A stretch of DNA of 63,332 bases, filler included, from Octopus bimaculoides (lineage: Eukaryota): NCBI RefSeq assembly GCF_001194135.2. It is 7 parts of 7 records of this genome, joined end to end, with 100 filler letters (N's around TTAATTAATTAA, not from the genome) between each part and the next. Parts side by side here need not be neighbours in the genome. Positions count along the whole stretch, not along the records: positions 24,802 to 46,957 come from NC_069006.1; positions 47,058 to 50,922 come from NW_026425248.1; positions 51,023 to 57,185 come from NC_069002.1; 4 more parts are not named here. One strand, 5' to 3'. Under the pieces are notes generated by a model that was not told the DNA's origin, did no database searches, and saw only the letters and a list, made by a program, of their open reading frames with translations. Numbering within the stretch: position 1 is the first letter of the stretch; every line of letters begins with the position of its first letter. This document shows, piece after piece, positions 40,529 to 53,851 of this stretch. A program made the position numbers and the translations under genes.

Positions 40529-40930
40529 NNNNNNNNNNNNNNNNNNNNNNNNNNNNNNNNNNNNNNNNNNNNNNNNNNNNNNNNNNNNNNNNNNNNNNNN
40601 NNNNNNNNNNNNNNNNNNNNNNNNNNNNNNNNNNNNNNNNNNNNNNNNNNNNNNNNNNNNNNNNNNNNNNNNNNNNNNNNNNNNNNNNNNNNNNNNNNNN
40701 NTATATGTCTGTGTGTGTATATGTTTGTGTGTCTGTGCTTGTCCCCACCAACATCGCCTGACAACCGATGCTGGTGTGTTTACGTCCCCGTAACTTAGCG
40801 GTTCGGCAAAAGAGACCGACAGAATAAGTACTAGGCTTACAAAGAATAAGTCCTGGGGTCGATTTGCTCGACTAAAGGCGGTGCTCCAGCATGGCCACAG
40901 TCTCAAATGACTGAAACAAGTAAAAGAGTA
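40328..40930 (+). mobile_element. SINE family A, full-length, N gap inside its internal microsatellite
   Basis: Head 40328-40492, gap 40529-40701, tail to GTAAAAGAGTAA. Confidence 0.9.
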
Positions 40931-41257
40931 ACGCTCAGAGTTAAATATCTTTGAAGGGTTATTGTTAATATTATAAATATAATTAACTCTTTAGCATCCA
41001 CTGCAAATAATTCTCGACACTTGAAATATCAACCAAGCACACAGGGCTACAAAACTGACAGAATTTGAAAGCTTGAATGAGTTCTGAGGCTTCCCTATGC
41101 TTAATCAACATTATTGCATAGCAGACAATGACAATATCAGGCAGCCGTTGGACAATTAGTAAGATGAAGTATTGGTCAACCAAAGACATCTGCCTAAGGT
41201 GCTATGCAGAGGAACTGAACCTGAAACTACACATCATTGTCAAAGGAACATACAGTC

Positions 41258-41655
41258 ACAGGAGTGGCTGTGTGGTAAGGAGCTTGCATACCAACCACAT
41301 GGTTCCAGGTTCAGTGCCACTGCATGGCATCTTCGGCAAGTGTCTTCTACTATAGCTGCAGGCTGACCAAAGCCTTTTGTGTGGATCTGGTAGACGGAAA
41401 CTGAAAGAAGCCCGTCATGTGTGTGCGTGTGTGTGTGTGTGTGTGTGTCTGTGTTTGTCGCCCACCAAACATCACTTGACAACCAATGCTGGTGTGTTTA
41501 TGTCCCTGTAACTTAGCAGTTCAGCAAAAGGGATGGACAGAATAAGTGCTAGGCTCACAAAGAATGAATCCTGGGGTCAATTTATTTAACTAAATGTGGT
41601 GCTCCAGCATGGCCACAGTCAAATATGACTGAAACAAATCAAAAAGTAAAAGAGT
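41258..41655 (+). mobile_element. SINE family A, full-length diverged copy
   Basis: Homology to family A; many CpG sites read TpG/CpA. Confidence 0.85.
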
Positions 41656-41792
41656 ATATTGACCAAACTTGGCCACGCCTGAATTTATATTATCAAGAGT
41701 ATGATGCCATGGAAGAAGTCCTCGTGCCAGTGGCACTGAATGAGAAACAATGCTGGCACCACGTGTGTGTGTATATATTTGTGTCTATATAT

Positions 41793-41989
41793 TCTTGTTT
41801 CAGTCATTTGACTGCGGCCATGCTGGAGTACCACCTTGAAGGACTTTTATCGAACAAATTAACCCCAGAACTTATTCTTTGTAAGCCTTATTTTATTGGT
41901 CTCTTTTGCCGAACCACTATGTTACGAGGACATAAGCACACCAACAGCAGTTGTCAAGCGGTGATGGGAGTACAAACACAGACACAAAT

Positions 41990-42000
<11 letters not shown>
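41793..42000 (-). mobile_element. SINE family A second half
   Basis: Homology on the minus strand. Confidence 0.8.
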
Positions 42001-42041
<41 letters not shown>

Positions 42042-42795
42042 CTTGTGATAGCAGGGGGCGGCATATCAGATTTCCTTTCATTATTTTACTTTTCTTTTCT
42101 CATAAGCAATATGTTAAACAGTAGTGAAAATAAACACATAAAAAAAACATTGATGTTATTATAACTATTATTACTATTATTACATAACAAATTTTCTTTT
42201 TTTTCCTTTTGATCTTACCTGTTTATAGCTTGTGACTAGCTGGGAGTTTTATACAGACACACTTCAAATGGACAGGTCAAAAACTGCTGGTTGTAATAAT
42301 CCCAAGAAGCAAATGGAGGCATTTCACTTTACTGCAAAATATTAAAATAATATGGAAATAACATGAGAAAACAGTCAATAAATACTTGGGAAAAATTGAT
42401 GAATTTCAAAAGTTAAGTACATCTGCCTATTTGTGAAGGTAATAATTGCAAACATCATCGTTGTCACTCATCGTCATTTTTAAAATTTTGTATTTTTCCA
42501 TGGTGGCACGAGTCTGATGAGATCTTGTGGTGACGTATTCTCTATCCAGAGGCCCTCTCTGATGTTGATCCCAACTTATATGTTTCTATGTGAGGTATTT
42601 TTTAACTTGTGTCTTTGCACATCAAACAGAGTGGTTGGTATTAGGATGGGCATCCAGCAGTAGAAACCAAGCCAAAACAGGCTGGATACTGGTGTGGTTC
42701 TCTGGCTTACTAGTTCCAGTCAAACCATCTAACACCCATGCCAGCATAGAAAACAGACACTAAATGACAATGATGATGACGATGATATATATATA

Positions 42796-42832
<37 letters not shown>

Positions 42833-44661
42833 NNNNNNNNNNNNNNNNNNNNNNNNNNNNNNNNNNNNNNNNNNNNNNNNNNNNNNNNNNNNNNNNNNNN
42901 NNNNNNNNNNNNNNNNNNNNNNNNNNNNNNNNNNNNNNNNNNNNNNNNNNNNNNNNNNNNNNNNNNNNNNNNNNNNNNNNNNNNNNNNNNNNNNNNNNNN
43001 NNNNNNNNNNNNNNNNNNNNNNNNNNNNNNNNNNNNNNNNNNNNNNNNNNNNNNNNNNNNNNNNNNNNNNNNNNNNNNNNNNNNNNNNNNNNNNNNNNNN
43101 NNNNNNNNNNNNNNNNNNNNNNNNNNNNNNNNNNNNNNNNNNNNNNNNNNNNNNNNNNNNNNNNNNNNNNNNNNNNNNNNNNNNNNNNNNNNNNNNNNNN
43201 NNNNNNNNNNNNNNNNNNNNNNNNNNNNNNNNNNNNNNNNNNNNNNNNNNNNNNNNNNNNNNNNNNNNNNNNNNNNNNNNNNNNNNNNNNNNNNNNNNNN
43301 NNNNNNNNNNNNNNNNNNNNNNNNNNNNNNNNNNNNNNNNNNNNNNNNNNNNNNNNNNNNNNNNNNNNNNNNNNNNNNNNNNNNNNNNNNNNNNNNNNNN
43401 NNNNNNNNNNNNNNNNNNNNNNNNNNNNNNNNNNNNNNNNNNNNNNNNNNNNNNNNNNNNNNNNNNNNNNNNNNNNNNNNNNNNNNNNNNNNNNNNNNNN
43501 NNNNNNNNNNNNNNNNNNNNNNNNNNNNNNNNNNNNNNNNNNNNNNNNNNNNNNNNNNNNNNNNNNNNNNNNNNNNNNNNNNNNNNNNNNNNNNNNNNNN
43601 NNNNNNNNNNNNNNNNNNNNNNNNNNNNNNNNNNNNGGCGTTAGGAAGGGCATCCAGCTGTAGAAACTCTGCCAAATTAGATTGGAGCCTGGTGTAGCCA
43701 TCTGGTTGCACCAGTCCTCAGTCAAATCGTCCAACCCATGCTAGCATGGAAAGCAGACGTTAAACGATGATGATGATGATGATATATATACACACACATA
43801 CAAATAGAAAAGTACATATATACAATCATATGCATACACACACACACACACATACACACACACACGTACACACACACACGTACACACACACATGTACACA
43901 CACGTACACACAATTGTTAAATGAAGCTTTATTCCTCACTCCCACACAAACAAACACACAGATGTCTTTCAAAACCACAATAAAACATTTATGCAGTGTG
44001 AATTGAAGTTTTAATATAGTGCATGATAACGAAGACAGGCTCATTATCATACATTTATATTCCAGGACCACGAAGCACTATTTGCTGCCAACATAATTCT
44101 TTATTGTTACTCCAAGCATGGTGGAAGGTTCTGGCATGGAAAAGTAGAGAGTAATTATTATTCAACATGTTATTGTTGGCATTGTTGCTTAAGCTGGTGT
44201 TTCTTGTTTCTCACAGACAGAATCAGTGACACCATCATCATCATCATCATCATCATCTAATGTCTGTTGTCCATGCAGGCATGGGTTGGACAGTTTGACC
44301 AGGGCTGGTGAGCTGAAGGGAGCACCAGACTCTAGTCTAATTTGGCATGGCTTTTCTATGGCTGGATGATGCCCTTCCTAACATGCCAACCACTCCAAGA
44401 GTGTAACGGGTGCTTCTATGTGTCACCAGCATCGGCCACATTGCTTCCATGAGGCTGAATGCTAGAATGGTGCTTTTTACATGGCACCAGCACAGGTGCC
44501 AGTCACAGGTGCCACCAGCATCAGCCACAACTACAAAAATAATGAGGCAGACAAATTGTCATCATCATCATCAGCATCATCATTGTTTTAACATCTACTT
44601 TTCCATGCTTGCATGGGCCAGACAGAGTTTTATTGAGGTAGATTTTCTATGGTTGGATGGT

Positions 44662-44970
44662 GAAGGCACGTGGCTTAGTGGTTAGGGCATTTGGCTCACG
44701 ATTGTAAGGTCGTGAGTTCAATTCCCGGCGATGCATTGGGTCCTTGAGCAAGATACTTTATTTCACGTTGCTCCAATCCACTCAGCTGGCAAACACGAGT
44801 AGTACCTGTATTTCAAAGGGCCTGTCTTGTCATGCTGAGTCTCCCTGAGAACTACGTTAGGGGTACACATGTCTGTGGATTACTCAGTCACTTGCACATA
44901 CATTTCATGAGCAAGCTGTTCCGTTGATCGTATCAGCTGGGACCCTTATCGTTGTAACCGACAGAGTGCT
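44662..44970 (+). mobile_element. SINE with tRNA head, CORE-like segment and family B-type 3' half
   Basis: TGGCTTAGTGGTTAG head, CCTTGAGCAAGATACTTTATTTCACGTTGCTCC segment, then CTGAGAACTACGTTAGGGGTACAC...CTGTTCCGTTGATCG shared with family B. Related tails on minus at 7825-7985 and 38957-39172. Confidence 0.75.
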
Positions 44971-45285
44971 CCTTTATGGTTGGATGCCCTTCCTGTCACC
45001 ACCCCTCATCTATTTCCAAACAAGGTAATATTGCCCCATTGCCAGATATGTTTACCTCGAATATTGATTTCAAATTTTTGCACAAGGCCAGCAGTTTAAG
45101 GAAGGGGGCCAAGTCAGTTACATCGACCCCCCAGTGCTCAACTAGAACTCAATATATTGCAAAGAGGGTGGGTGCATCAAGGTCTCCTTGCTTTATTCCA
45201 TTTTCCACAGCAAAAGATTCAGAGAGCCTACCACCAAAATTAACTCTAGCTTTCATATTTTGATGCAAAGCCCTGACCATGTTTA

Positions 45286-45330
<45 letters not shown>

Positions 45331-45339
45331 TACATACTC

Positions 45340-45745
45340 TTTTTACTCTTTTACTTGTTTCAGTCATTTGACTGCGGCCATGCTGGAGCACCGCCTTTAG
45401 TCGAGCAAATCGACCCCAGGATTTATTCTTTGGAAGTCTAGTACTTATTCTGTCATTCTCTTTTGCCGAACTGCTAAGTTACGGGGACGTAAACACACCA
45501 GCATTGGTTGTCAAGCGATGTTGGGGGGACAAACACAGACACGCAAACATATACACACACATACATACATATACATACATATATACGACGGGCTTCTTTC
45601 AGTTTCCGTCTACCAAATCCACTCACAAGGCTTTGGTCGGCCCGAGGCTATAGTGAAAGACACTTGCCCAAGGTGCCACGCAGTGGGACTGAACCCGGAA
45701 CCATGTGGTTGCTAAGCAAGCTTCTTACCACACAGCTACGCCTGC
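45340..45745 (-). mobile_element. SINE family A, full-length copy
   Basis: Homology on the minus strand, with internal (TA)/(CA) tract. Confidence 0.9.
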
Positions 45746-46796
45746 ACCTATATATATATGTATGTACACACTTATTCATCTCAGATGTACCTGGATCCCA
45801 CCTGAACCAGATAGGAAAAGAGGAAGGTTTTTTGGCACTAGGGCTGACCATTAATCCCATTCTGGTAACATAATACCAAAAATAAGAAGATGGCATAGGT
45901 AAACTCCTTTTTTTTTTTATTGCTGCCAGAAACAGATTTATGAAAGAGTTAATAAAATGTCGAAGGGAGTGGAAAGAAATATTAGTGTTGAAAAGGTTAA
46001 ATATGCCATTCACTGCTCCCACCACTATCATCATCACCACAATCATCATCAACATCACCGCCATTGATATTACCATCATCATCATCACAACAACCACCAC
46101 CACAGCTACATCCTATACTGCTAACAATGTCATAAAAATCCCTTCACCACTACCACCAGTACTACCACTTTCACTACGCCCATTACAACCACCACCACCA
46201 CAACTACTACCTGTACTGCTAACATTATCATCAACATTCCTTTATCATCACCACCACCACCACTAACATTATCGTCTCATCTCCTCCGAAACAAATCAAT
46301 GAAAAAAACTAAAACAAAAGCATAAAAAATCCCAAAATTTAAAACAAGTAAAAACAATACAACTTTGAGAGGATTTTTTTTTTATCAAGGAAGTGCCAAA
46401 ATGCCCTAACCTTTAACAACATCAACTATAGGTGAATCTTCAGAAATGTTCCCTAATGCCAAAATTGAAAACATTTTCCCAAAATCACTGTCATTGTTTA
46501 GTAGCCAAATGATAAGTCAAGTGACAGGAATTTCACAACACAATTTCTCTCTCTCTCTCTCTCCCTCATATAATAATAGTATAGCAACAGTATTTTATGA
46601 GGAACTGTAATGGTAATGGTGGTAGTAAGGAAGGGAATACACATGCACACGTATGCTAACATATGCATGTGCAAATACATACATACAAAATAGATATGGC
46701 AGACATGCAAACACTTACACATTTCTAGGCAGAAACACACACACGAACATGTCAGTCAACACCATACACTTTCACCAGAATATAGACGATAGATAT

Positions 46797-46828
<32 letters not shown>

Positions 46829-47227
46829 CACACAACAAACAGCATAGTGACATTTGGAGAAACACAGATGAGTGGAAAACCCAACCAACACCACAAACCA
46901 AAAGACCAAACCAATATAAATACACAAAGAACATACGTAAGCATATAAGCATATATANNNNNNNNNNNNNNNNNNNNNNNNNNNNNNNNNNNNNNNNNNN
47001 NTTAATTAATTAANNNNNNNNNNNNNNNNNNNNNNNNNNNNNNNNNNNNNNNNNNNNATATATAGATATAGATATAGATATACATATGTACATATATATA
47101 TATACATATATATATATTCCTTTATTCCTTTACTTGTTTCAGTCATTTATATACACATATATATTGAAGCCTGTTGTTTATGTCATTATACCCCAGGAGT
47201 TCGATAAAAGAAATAATAGCCTGCCAG

Positions 47228-47265
<38 letters not shown>

Positions 47266-49615
47266 TGCTTTAGATGTATGAATTGATATGTATTGCAAGA
47301 AATAGCTAGGTTCCTTTCTCTACCATTTTACAGAGTTCAACCTACACCAGTGAATGAGTGAAAATCAAAAATAGGAATTTTGAAAGAAGTTTCTATAAAA
47401 CTTAGTTTTTAAAATCATCGAATGGCTATGGGGGTCCACCAGAATAAAATTACGATCAAAGGGGGTGCATAGATAAAGAAAAATAGCTGAGAACCCCTAC
47501 TTTAGATGTATGTATTGGTATGTATTGCAAGAGAGCGTTTAACCTACAAAAGTTAATGTGTGAATTAAAAAAATAGGAATTTTGAAAGAATTTTCTATAA
47601 AACAAGTTTTTAAACATCAAATGGTTAAGACGGGGTCCAGTTATCAAATGGGTCCATAGATAAAAAAAAAATGGTTGAGAAGCCCTTAACTAAACCCCAG
47701 CATGGTCGTAGTCCAATGATTGACATCAGTAATAGGCTTAATAAAGAAACAAACAGAAAACCTCAGAATCATTTATTCTTAAATTTCTGAAAAACACGTT
47801 TAGCCTCATCGTCGTTTTTTCCCCCCTTTTTTGTTGGATATTCATTCCTTTCAGCTTTCAGTCAATCTTTGGAATTTTTAGACCAATTCTTTTCATTCTC
47901 TTACGATCCAGTGCCCTCATCAAGCTTTGCTTCTAACAAAATCACATGAATTTTTATCTTTCTTCTACTTGTCTTTTCTTTTTTTAAAAAAGAAATATAT
48001 GCCTAAATGATATATAATTGTGTTAAATCGATTTTATTTTCATCAGTAAATATTTCCAATATTTGTTGCACAATCTAAATATATACAATAATATGGCTTG
48101 TTTTTTTTATTTATTCACATACGTACATACTCATATACTCACATACATGCATGCATATATACTTCCATATATAGACGCATCCCTTTCAAACATACTCATG
48201 TACATACCTACATCGATACATAAATACATAAATATATATATACATAAATATATATNNNNNNNNNNNNNNNNNNNNNNNNNNNNNNNNNNNNNNNNNNNNN
48301 NNNNNNNNNNNNNNNNNNNNNNNNNNNNNNNNNNNNNNNNNNNNNNNNNNNNNNNNNNNNNNNNNNNNNNNNNNNNNNNNNNNNNNNNNNNNNNNNNNNN
48401 NNNNNNNNNNNNNNNNNNNNNNNNNNNNNNNNNNNNNNNNNNNNNNNNNNNNNNNNNNNNNNNNNNNNNNNNNNNNNNNNNNNNNNNNNNNNNNNNNNNN
48501 NNNNNNNNNNNNNNNNNNNNNNNNNNNNNNNNNNNNNNNNNNNNNNNNNNNNNNNNNNNNNNNNNNNNNNNNNNNNNNNNNNNNNNNNNNNNNNNNNNNN
48601 NNNNNNNNNNNNNNNNNNNNNNNNNNNNNNNNNNNNNNNNNNNNNNNNNNNNNNNNNNNNNNNNNNNNNNNNNNNNNNNNNNNNNNNNNNNNNNNNNNNN
48701 NNNNNNNNNNNNNNNNNNNNNNNNNNNNNNNNNNNNNNNNNNNNNNNNNNNNNNNNNNNNNNNNNNNNNATATATATATATATATATATATAGGTGTGTG
48801 TCTGTGTTCGTGCTTATTTCTAGCAACGTAGGTGTTTTTTTAACACCCTAGTCACATTTAGTGAAAGTTATAATTCTCCTTTTTGGTGAAGCATTTTAAC
48901 CTGCTGGCTATATTCATTTTCTGTATGTATGTATGTATATATATATGTATGTATGTATATATATATATGTATGTATGTGTGTGTGTAGGGACAGAGAGAG
49001 AGAGAGAAAGAGAGAGAGAGCGGCGTGGGTGAGGCTAAATCTTGAGAAATTATATATTAACAACACTGCATTGTGTCTGTCTCTCTCTCAATTTCTATTA
49101 TCTCTTTCTCTCTTTATAAATACTCACATCCACACAGACTCACAGGTATATATGAATGTATATATGGATATATATATAACGTCCTATACCCAGATGTGCA
49201 TCTATATATATATGTAGATGTAGGTATGTACATACATGTACGTATATATGCATATACTCATATATTATTTGTATTACATATACATATATATATATATATG
49301 AATGTATATAAACGTATATATATATATGTATGTATGTTTATATGTCTCTCTCTCTTTCTATCTCCCTCTCCCTCTCACCAATTCTCTTTCTGTTGTCCAC
49401 GCCATTTTCTTCCCTCTCATAGACTCAGTATTGTCGACGTATTATTTGTCACGTGACACGACTTTCAGTCTGCCAAACAAATACCTTGAAGAATATAAGC
49501 AATAAATGAATTTAAAAAATACAAAAATACAAAAAAAAAAACACGTACACACACACACATACATAGACACATACACAGAAGTGTGTATATATATAGACGT
49601 ACGTATATATATCTA

Positions 49616-49647
<32 letters not shown>

Positions 49648-51024
49648 ACCATACATGCATACATACATACATACATATATATACACACACATACATATAT
49701 ATGCATACATATATANNNNNNNNNNNNNNNNNNNNNNNNNNNNNNNNNNNNNNNNNNNNNNNNNNNNNNNNNNNNNNNNNNNNNNNNNNNNNNNNNNNNN
49801 NNNNNNNNNNNNNNNNNNNNNNNNNNNNNNNNNNNNNNNNNNNNNNNNNNNNNNNNNNNNNNNNNNNNNNNNNNNNNNNNNNNNNNNNNNNNNNNNNNNN
49901 NNNNNNNNNNNNNNNNNNNNNNNNNNNNNNNNNNNNNNNNNNNNNNNNNNNNNNNNNNNNNNNNNNNNNNNNNNNNNNNNNNNNNNNNNNNNNNNNNNNN
50001 NNNNNNNNNNNNNNNNNNNNNNNNNNNNNNNNNNNNNNNNNNNNNNNNNNNNNNNNNNNNNNNNNNNNNNNNNNNNNNNNNNNNNNNNNNNNNNNNNNNN
50101 NNNNTATACATATACATATATATATATATTTATATATATTTATATGTCTGTGTGTGTGTGTGTGCGTGTGTATGTATACACATACATATGTGTGCGTTAG
50201 TATATGAGCTAAAAATACCGTCTACATCGACTACACATTCCAACGTCATGCATAGCTATTTCTCCACGGAGTTCCATGTGAGCAAAAGCAATTTTAAGGA
50301 GGAAGTTTCGTTGGATCGTTAAAAATATAAATCAATGAATTTAAAAAATGGGATGTGCAGCAATGTGCATAATATCATTGGCTGAATGTAATTTTGCTGC
50401 ACAATAACGTACAGCTATGCAGTAAGAGGAGTAGCTGCTTGCTTCACTATAGCTCTTTCTTTAAGCGACCAATCAGAATTGTGGAAGGGCGGCAAATGTT
50501 GAAAGAGTCATTTGGTTGGCTTGTTGGTTGGTTGGTTGGATTGCGTATTTTGTTCGTTCCGTTCTTGAAGATAATTATGATGATGATGATATATATGGCA
50601 GCGGTTGTGGGGGGGTTTGGGGTATTGCTGGTGGTCAACTAATAGACGTTGCTTGGTCGTGTAATGAGGTTTAACGGAGGATAAATTATTATCCAAGATA
50701 ATCAGCGCATACAGTGTGTGTGTCTGTGTGTGTCTTGGGATCTGGACAGAATTGACCCAGGCCAAGTATAACCTGATCACACGCGCCTGTGTGTACGTGG
50801 ATGTGTATGCATATATATCTATATATATAGATATATCTATTTATATATATATATCTATATATATATGTATGGTTATCTATCTATCTATATATCTATCTAT
50901 CTATCTATCTATCTATATATATNNNNNNNNNNNNNNNNNNNNNNNNNNNNNNNNNNNNNNNNNNNNTTAATTAATTAANNNNNNNNNNNNNNNNNNNNNN
51001 NNNNNNNNNNNNNNNNNNNNNNCC

Positions 51025-51123
51025 CAACGCCCGGATGTCTACGTGAATAGCAAGCGTGAGGTGTTTAATCCTTGCCCGCATGAAAGGAAGTACATCCTAT
51101 CTTACTTGCGAATCCCATCATGA
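51025..51123 (+). mobile_element. Penelope-like element, GIY-YIG ORF C-terminus (QRPDVYVNSKREVFNPCPHERKYILSYLRIPS*)
   Basis: NS+xExFxxCxHxxKxxL resembles the conserved C-terminal tail of Penelope-like ORFs as recalled; upstream sequence is lost at the scaffold join. Confidence 0.6.
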
Positions 51124-51633
51124 CTGCAAACACAGGTCCCCTGCTTTGAACCACGGCCCTCGATCCTCTGCCAACGACCTTCCACCAATGCCCCCGGGCC
51201 CGGCAAATATAGTCTGACCAAAGCACACACCAATTCACTACTCCTGCAAGAAAATTGTTCTCCGACACAGACCCAGAGCCCCCCCCCCACACACACACAC
51301 ACATTATGCATTAAATTCCGCAAAACAACAAAAAAGAAAAATCCACAACTTTATCCTTTACAGAAAGAAAACAGATTAACGAACACCCCTATATATACCG
51401 ACATTCTGAGATAAAATTATGCATATAACAAAACTCTGCATATCACACACCCCATCTCCACATGAGCGTCACATTAATAATACAAATTTTCATTTCAAGA
51501 TATATCCAACCAAGGGCAATAACTCCTAACCTAATTCCCTTGCCTTTTGTTCGTTTCGCCACCTCTTTCACAGCGACCACTGACTGGTTAGGCTAGTCCA
51601 CCACCGACAATAGAGACCAAGCGCCATATTCCC

Positions 51634-51742
51634 ATCCATATCAGCTAACTCCGATGAGCGTAAAGTTATATAGTCGGATTGTACGTAACAGTCCATTGTC
51701 TTCTTTGCGCGAAACCGATTGGTAAAATCAGCCGTGATGGAT
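51634..51742 (+). ncRNA. Type I hammerhead-ribozyme-like motif (U4C core variant)
   Basis: CCGATGA 51651-57; stem II GCGTAAAG 51658-65 / CTTTGCGC 51703-10 with nested GGATTGT/ACAGTCC hairpin; GAAA 51711-14; stem III ACC-gatt-GGT; GUA site at 51722-24; distal stem I pairs (GCT/AGC, ATCA/TGAT, ATCC/GGAT). Confidence 0.7.
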
Positions 51743-51765
51743 ATTTAATACTATACTTTTCGGAT

Positions 51766-51806
<41 letters not shown>

Positions 51807-52637
51807 TAACTCAAAAGCCGCCCTGTCGATTGGCTTTCAAGCCAGCACCTGTAGAGGGGTCTTCATTAGGCTTTGGGACCAACAATGATNNNNNNNNNNN
51901 NNNNNNNNNNNNNNNNNNNNNNNNNNNNNNNNNNNNNNNNNNNNNNNNNNNNNNNNNNNNNNNNNNNNNNNNNNNNNNNNNNNNNNNNNNNNNNNNNNNN
52001 NNNNNNNNNNNNNNNNNNNNNNNNNNNNNNNNNNNNNNNNNNNNNNNNNNNNNNNNNNNNNNNNNNNNNNCTCTCTCTCTCTCTCTCTCTCTCTCCCTCT
52101 CTCCCTCTCTCTCTATTTCTGTTGATAGTTTTCAACCATCACCAGTACCACCACCATCGCCACATCAACTGCTAAACATACACCATTCAGACTTCTGACG
52201 CTACCACCATCAACACCTTTGACTTTACCGCGTTTCTCTCCACCTCCATCATCAATGCCTTTCGCATTGGTTTCTCGCATTGTCATCCTTGACCACCACC
52301 ACCATCACCACCATCACCACCGCCACCTCCGCATCCATCACAACTGCATTTCATACTATAACTATCGTCCCATTACCACCACAAAAAGGCTAAATGCTTG
52401 TGTTCTTTCAGTATGTTATTCAGCATGTTACCTCAGTGTTCAGTTCCTCTTTTTCTCACATACCCACTCTTTTTCTCTCTTTCTCTCTGTCTCATTATTA
52501 CTCCCACTGCCACCATCAACGCTAATAATTTTATTGAAAATATCATCAACTTTCCCTAAATGTCCTGGTCTCTATTTCTCTCTTTTTCTTTCTTTCACTC
52601 TCTCTCTCTCTCTCTCTCTCTCTTTCTATCTCTCTCT

Positions 52638-52702
<65 letters not shown>

Positions 52703-52998
52703 CTCTCCATCTCTATGCCTAATATTCCTCTCATCCCATCATGAGGAACAGTAGGACTGTCATTGAATAGTGAAAGAGGGGTGTCTAAGTGTGACACACT
52801 GACACACAGACATTAGTCTTCACATTTATGGCTAGCCACTACACATTCTTTATTTTCTCTCCTTGTCTCTTTCTGTATTCTATTCTGTGGAAGAGCGTAG
52901 GCTCGAAACGTTAAAGACTTTTTCACTTCCCGAGCGTTAAACTACATCTGTTTGTTGGCTACACCACTTGTGTTCATCTTTTGTTTTTTGTGAATTAT

Positions 52999-53042
<44 letters not shown>

Positions 53043-53129
53043 CAAAATAAGCAACACGGATTTCCGCGATGGGTAAATAGTCTCCATTTTATATTTTCAA
53101 TTTCACGCATGGGCATTGTTATTGATTTT

Positions 53130-53790
53130 GTCGGCTATAGAGTATAGTAGGGTCACTGTCTGTGAGAAAAACAACACCATGACGCAATTCAGTCTCCCAG
53201 AAATTTGGGAAACGACATGCTGTACTGCTTCGCATTCGCACCAAAAGCTCCAATACGAACATTTCAGAGTTTTTGAGTGTTAGTTTGAAGACAGTGCAAT
53301 CTGAGGACGTGTAACGAGAGTGATAAAAATCAAAAACCCAGTCAACATCACGGTGTTTAGACTGAACACTAGTAATAGCTATGTTATGCCTCTGTTCATC
53401 GTTCCACGCGGGCTCACACTCAACACAAAGCCCTACATCAAGTATGTGGAAGGGATAGTGCTGCCCTCGGCTGTTGAAAGAACCTATGTCTGGCAACAGG
53501 TCTCTGCACCATACCACACAGGCAGGAGAACCCAGTCATGGCTGTCAGACAATTTCTGCGACATCATCATCCCTAACATCTGGTCACGTAAATCACCACA
53601 CTGCAACCACCTTGATTATTATGTGTGGGGCGGAGTTGAGCGATAGACCAACAAAACTCCTTATGACACCAAAGATGAACTGAAGCCAAGGATTATGGTA
53701 GCATTCACCAACTTAAAGATGGAGACCGCTCAGAAGAATTGCAAGCGATTTCGAAGTCGTCTGGAGGCAGTGATAGAACCCAATGGCGAT
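53130..53790 (+). mobile_element. Decayed IS630-Tc1-mariner transposase (DDD/E domain C-terminal half)
   Basis: YVWQQVSAPYH...WSRKSPHCNHLDYYVWG...RFRSRLEAVIEPNGDFI matches the QQDxAPxH and WPxxSPDxNPxDYxVW motifs, with catalytic aspartates mutated and an in-frame stop. Confidence 0.9.
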
Positions 53791-53851
53791 TTTATTCGAT
53801 GAGATTACTCTTTAGTATTTCAAGATATTTTTATATAATTTTGGTAAATAT

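Noticed and set aside
42219-42331. Minus-strand exon with strong splice sites (ttttgcag ... CAG|gtaaga)
   Set aside because: All three frames contain stops; at most a non-coding exon, with no other support.
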